Virus record (IMG/VR): IMGVR_UViG_3300027759_000046
Coordinates: 124,001 to 188,000 of that record
Reading direction: 5' to 3' (one strand)
Length of the DNA: 64,000 nucleotides
Part shown: positions 60,672 to 64,000 of the stretch, piece after piece
Numbering within the stretch: the first letter of the stretch is position 1
Layout of the letters: every line of letters starts with the position of its first letter
Notes under the pieces: generated by a model
The model's input: only the letters and a program-made list of their open reading frames with translations
Told to the model about the DNA's origin: nothing
Database searches by the model: none
Position numbers and translations under genes: made by a program

Positions 60672-60755
60672 AGGTTAAATATAAGCATTTTAATTGAGAT
60701 AAAACAATAAAGTTATTAACATAGCTACTAGGGAGTCCGACATAGCCGGTGAGTC

Positions 60756-61274
60756 CTATGACTCTACCGGCGAGAATACTTCGGCAAGGTTGAAGTTGCC
60801 AGCCTGACTGCTGTGAAGCATACGCTCTAAGCATACGGGACCGAGCGCTGTGTGAATCGATTCCGGATGGGTAAGCGGTAATCCGCAAGCGCAGCATCTG
60901 CCTTCGTGGAATAGACCTACACGACCGCGTAAGATCTCTGGATTCTTGATCGCTGATACGACCCAGCCTAGGGCGCGAGCTAAGCGGGAATCCGGTCTAA
61001 CGTTGCGGCCGAGCTTTACGTGCATGGTATCAGAGAATAGAGTTCCTGCGAACTGCGAGCTTTGACGGCCGTCGTTAAGCAAGGAGATGTCAATGTAATA
61101 GATCGGCAACTTGATCTTGCGATCCTGCTTATCGCGCAGCTGCTTGATCTTAACTGTCATGTGGGTTCCTTCCGCAAGGTTACGGAACGTAAGCACTGCA
61201 CGGCCTGCTAACGCGAGCTTTGGAAGAGCAAGCGGGTTGAGGTTTGGACGGGGGATGTTTCTGTGGTTTCTCAT
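60756..61274 (-). CDS. Protein with C-terminal DUF6011-like Zn-binding motif
   Basis: HEGRCCACG.PLT.PESI...LGPVC. Confidence 0.75.
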   Translation of the reverse strand: MRNHRNIPRPNLNPLALPKLALAGRAVLTFRNLAEGTHMTVKIKQLRDKQDRKIKLPIYYIDISLLNDGRQSSQFAGTLFSDTMHVKLGRNVRPDSRLARALGWVVSAIKNPEILRGRVGLFHEGRCCACGLPLTHPESIHTALGPVCLERMLHSSQAGNFNLAEVFSPVES

Positions 61275-61297
61275 GGTTGATTGGTTTAATTGATTAA

Positions 61298-61376
61298 GTA
61301 AATATAACCAATTACTTTCAAATAAAAAAACTTTTTATGATTTATTTTTCAGAAGTTATTAACAAAGTTATTAACA
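61298..61376 (-). promoter_or_regulatory. Early promoter cassette with tandem direct GTTATTAACA boxes
   Basis: Boxes at 61355-61364 and 61367-61376. Confidence 0.8.
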
Positions 61377-61437
61377 CTGGCGGACTGACGTGCAGGTCGG
61401 AGTCTACCCTCTGCGATCCGGTTAAAGATCGAACCTT

Positions 61438-61461
61438 AAAAAACCGGGCGAACCCGGTTCT
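61438..61461 (-). terminator. Intrinsic terminator
   Basis: AACCGGG-TTCG-CCCGGTT followed by TTTT. Confidence 0.85.
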
Positions 61462-61478
61462 CTGTGGTGGGTTGAGGT

Positions 61479-61622
61479 TTAGAACTCGAACGCGGTCGTT
61501 GAGGAGATATTACCGATTACGACATTTACGATTACGACAACGATTCCGATAATCGCGATTCCCGCTAGACACACGGTCCAAGTTTGCATTGCACGTAGTG
61601 CGATCATTTCTGTTTTGCTCAT
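61479..61622 (-). CDS. Small membrane protein (47 aa, not in ORF track)
   Basis: MSKTEMIALRAMQTWTVCLAGIAIIGIVVVIVNVVIGNISSTTAFEF; promoter cassette at 61652-61718. Confidence 0.65.
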   Translation of the reverse strand: MSKTEMIALRAMQTWTVCLAGIAIIGIVVVIVNVVIGNISSTTAFEF

Positions 61623-61695
61623 GGTTGATTTGGTTAATTGGTTAAACATAAGTAAATATAATAATTATCTTTGATATAAAAAAATTTCTGATGAA

Positions 61696-61932
61696 TTATT
61701 TTTCAGAAGTTATTAACAATTCCGGGTTAACGCTTTCGGATTCCGCATAGATCTTTAGACATTGCGGACAGCCTACCGTCTCGAGACCGGATATCCTGGC
61801 CCAGTTGTTGCTAAGCGCTGGCGTTCCGCACAGGTTTCCTGTTCCGCTTTTGTAGATGTGGGCCGTGTTGTTCCATACGTTGCCCTTGTTTCCGAAGATG
61901 GAGAAGTTTGGTTTGAGGTCTTTTGTTTGCAT
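61696..61932 (-). CDS. Small Cys/His protein
   Basis: AHI...LCG...GC..C; promoter TATATTTAC at 61955-61963. Confidence 0.7.
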   Translation of the reverse strand: MQTKDLKPNFSIFGNKGNVWNNTAHIYKSGTGNLCGTPALSNNWARISGLETVGCPQCLKIYAESESVNPELLITSEK

Positions 61933-62131
61933 TGCTTTCTTTTTTATTGGTTAAGTAAATATAACAAAAAAACCCCAAACAAAAAAATCTGGGGTCTTTT
62001 ATTTTCTTCTTTTTTTCTAGAGGCAATGGATAAGGATTCCGTAAAATCCTATTCCTGCCAAAAAGTAAATCAGGTTGTTCAACCACTTAGGGTATTTTTC
62101 CATGCTTCTCGTTTAGGGTTAATAATAGATT

Positions 62132-62293
62132 CTATTCTTCGGGTCCAATGAGGTCCCATGCGGTTTCGCCGGTTGGCTTGCCGTTGAAGGTGATGGAGTA
62201 GTTGGGGTCCATGCCGCTCTCGAGGACATCTGCTAAGAGAGCAGGAAGGGTTGGGAATTCCTTTTGGTAGTAGGCGCAGTCTAATGAATACAT
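62132..62293 (-). CDS. Small hypothetical protein
   Basis: Start moved to MYSLDCAYY because the track start overlaps the promoter TTATATTTG (62321-62329), an exact Bacteroidota -7 consensus. Confidence 0.65.
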   Translation of the reverse strand: MYSLDCAYYQKEFPTLPALLADVLESGMDPNYSITFNGKPTGETAWDLIGPEE

Positions 62294-62371
62294 ATCTTTT
62301 CTTTTTAATTGGTTAAGATACAAATATAACCAAAATACTTGATATTAAAAAATCCTGGTCAACTTATTTTC

Positions 62372-62899
62372 CTAGCTGAATACAAGTATTCCTTCATCCG
62401 CTGCGAGTTTAAACGCCTTAAGGAAATCTTCATACACTTCCAAGAACCAGCCATTATCCTCGTTTAGCGGATCGCCCACATATCCTTCCGCCTTGTGCCG
62501 GTACCGTACAAAATCCTGATATAGACTCTTCGCAACGGGACCGCCGATTGCACCATCACAATCCGAATGGTTGATAAGACCCACAAAGGGTTTATCCTTC
62601 CACTCGTCGGGATTGGTCCATACCCGTTCAGGACTTACCTCCAACATGGTCAGACACAGAACTTTGCGCCAGGCATTATATCCTGAATAGGAGCCAGCAC
62701 GGAAGTCATAGCTCTCGCTGCGGTCAGTTGCATAGTAGGTTCCCGGACTCAGACCCTTGTAGGAGTTGGCATCGAACGTTTCTATTCGGTATACTTCTTC
62801 GCCGCGCTCGGCAAGGCCAAGTTCTTCAAGACGTTTTTGACCTGCCGAGAACTCGGTCTCTTCTTGAATCTTTGAGTAGGCATAGATATCTAATCCCAT
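62372..62899 (-). CDS. Hypothetical protein with RLxxLGL segment
   Basis: MGLDIYAY...KRLEELGLAE...FRAGSYSGYN.WR...LI.HSDCDG. Confidence 0.75.
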   Translation of the reverse strand: MGLDIYAYSKIQEETEFSAGQKRLEELGLAERGEEVYRIETFDANSYKGLSPGTYYATDRSESYDFRAGSYSGYNAWRKVLCLTMLEVSPERVWTNPDEWKDKPFVGLINHSDCDGAIGGPVAKSLYQDFVRYRHKAEGYVGDPLNEDNGWFLEVYEDFLKAFKLAADEGILVFS

Positions 62900-63002
62900 A
62901 TAATAATCTTTTATCTGTTATATCTTATATTACCAAAAGGAGAAAGGGTCTACTCTCGCGGACCCTTTCTTTTGTTTAGATGGTTAGCTTAATTGTTTTG
63001 GA

Positions 63003-63242
63003 TTATCCAATCAGGCTTAGATTCGTCTTACGACCACGTGTCATGTCGAAAGCCTTGTTTACAATACGCTCGTTGCGATACAATCCGTTAAGGACTTCGC
63101 TTACGAAGTTAGGGGAGAAGCCTGTTCTGCTTGCAACTTCTGTTACATCGCCCATACGTTTGCGAGAATTGATTACTGCGATCTTAGCTGTGATCGGTAA
63201 TTTGCGGTACTTCATACCGACTTTACTTTGATTCTTTGTCAT
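63003..63242 (-). CDS. Small basic HTH-like DNA-binding protein
   Basis: GDVTEVASRTGFSPNFVSEVLNG. Confidence 0.7.
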   Translation of the reverse strand: MTKNQSKVGMKYRKLPITAKIAVINSRKRMGDVTEVASRTGFSPNFVSEVLNGLYRNERIVNKAFDMTRGRKTNLSLIG

Positions 63243-63313
63243 GTTACTTAAGTTAAGTTTGATTTGTTATAAGGATAACTTACCCATTACTCTAAGCTAT
63301 TGGCCTGTTATCT

Positions 63314-63547
63314 CTAATCTTTTTTCTCGGTCTTTGCAGAGTAGGGTTTAAGCAGCAGGCTCGAGAGCATGGTTAGACCCCATGCTTGTAGCACTGAGAT
63401 TACAGGTAGTCCGAATATTTCTGGACAGAGCCAGTTCCAGAGCCATTTGACCGGGAAGGCCATTACAATTGAAAGAACTCCTGCTACTAGGATTGCTGCG
63501 AGAGCAACACCTATCTTGGTTGCTATATCTAAATTGGGTTTTGTCAT
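63314..63547 (-). CDS. Membrane protein
   Basis: Hydrophobic helices; WLWNWL.P.IFGLP.I...QAWGL. Confidence 0.7.
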   Translation of the reverse strand: MTKPNLDIATKIGVALAAILVAGVLSIVMAFPVKWLWNWLCPEIFGLPVISVLQAWGLTMLSSLLLKPYSAKTEKKD

Positions 63548-63595
63548 GTTGTTTAAGTGTTTGTTTTGTATGTAATATAATATACTCTATTTCTT

Positions 63596-63871
63596 CTATA
63601 GGCTCCAATCCAATAGGAGTTCTTTCTGTCTCTTTAGACTCTCTGCCCATTCAAACTCTTCTCGAGCCACCGCTTCTTCTATGGCAGGATCCAACACAGA
63701 ATAGAAGTTCTGCATAAGGTACTCCTTGTATTCCGCGTTCCATTCTTCCTGTCCAGCCTGTCTAACAAGATGTTGTTTAAATTCCCAGATTACCCGGTCT
63801 ATCTTCTGCCAATCTCTACCTGCCCGCTCGAGAGCAGAGAGAACCTTGCCTAACATTAAGTCTGCTTGCAT
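63596..63871 (-). CDS. Hypothetical protein with UVR-like C-terminus
   Basis: IEEAVAREEFEWAESLK. Confidence 0.65.
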   Translation of the reverse strand: MQADLMLGKVLSALERAGRDWQKIDRVIWEFKQHLVRQAGQEEWNAEYKEYLMQNFYSVLDPAIEEAVAREEFEWAESLKRQKELLLDWSL

Positions 63872-64000
63872 CTTTCTAATTTATGGATTACAGAATACTA
63901 TACTCTACCGGACAGATAGGTTTCAAAACACAGGTCAGTATAGAGACATCTAAAACAACTCTCCGCTCTCGAGTCAGGCTAGCCAGGTCTATCGGCGGCA

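Noticed and set aside
1-64000. Stop-codon recoding or suppressor tRNA
   Set aside because: Conserved genes are full length in code 11, TAG is used as a terminal stop, and no intact CTA/TTA/TCA anticodon tRNA was found

Overview
A 64-kb segment of a large, T4-like (jumbo) tailed phage genome in the standard genetic code. The host is probably a Bacteroidota: early promoters carry a TATATTT(A/G)/TATATTAG element like the Bacteroidota -7 TAnnTTTG, leaders are A-rich without Shine-Dalgarno motifs, and lipoprotein/DUF4884/DUF6576-like genes are present. Almost all genes are on the minus strand. Modules: (1) 1-9.7 kb: RNA repair genes (cyclic-phosphate receiver, HAD phosphatase, two RNA ligases, polynucleotide kinase), an SLT, ClpP and a Thr-rich LamG virion protein. 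(2) 11.3-14.0 kb: a 17-tRNA array (19 tRNAs in the window). It is headed by a leader-peptide/terminator/antiterminator arrangement that looks like an attenuator, contains a boxA-like site, and is interspersed with structured and tRNA-shaped non-coding RNAs. (3) 16.6-22 kb and 34.7-36.7 kb: sugar-modifying enzymes. (4) 23-24.5 kb: plus-strand lysis cassette. (5) 24.5-29.6 kb: Prs, thioesterase and T4-type topoisomerase II. (6) About 13 unrelated proteins with T4 capsid-targeting-like N-termini, many with a second RLxxLGL tag; they include a nucleotidyltransferase and an annexin-lysozyme fusion. (7) 49.7-50.7 kb: a GC-rich non-coding array of four ACTAGGGAGT sites at exact 57-bp period, next to an IS607-like serine recombinase that has lost its catalytic Ser; nine more same-strand copies of the motif extend to 60.7 kb. 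(8) 51-64 kb: early region with repeated promoter cassettes carrying a phased GTTATTAACA box, a DUF932-like + RadA-like pair and a sigma-70 factor. The strongest candidates for undescribed systems are the polar ACTAGGGAGT / dead-recombinase module, the attenuated tRNA/ncRNA operon and the two-tag capsid-cargo family. All family calls come from motifs recognised by eye; no database searches were run.
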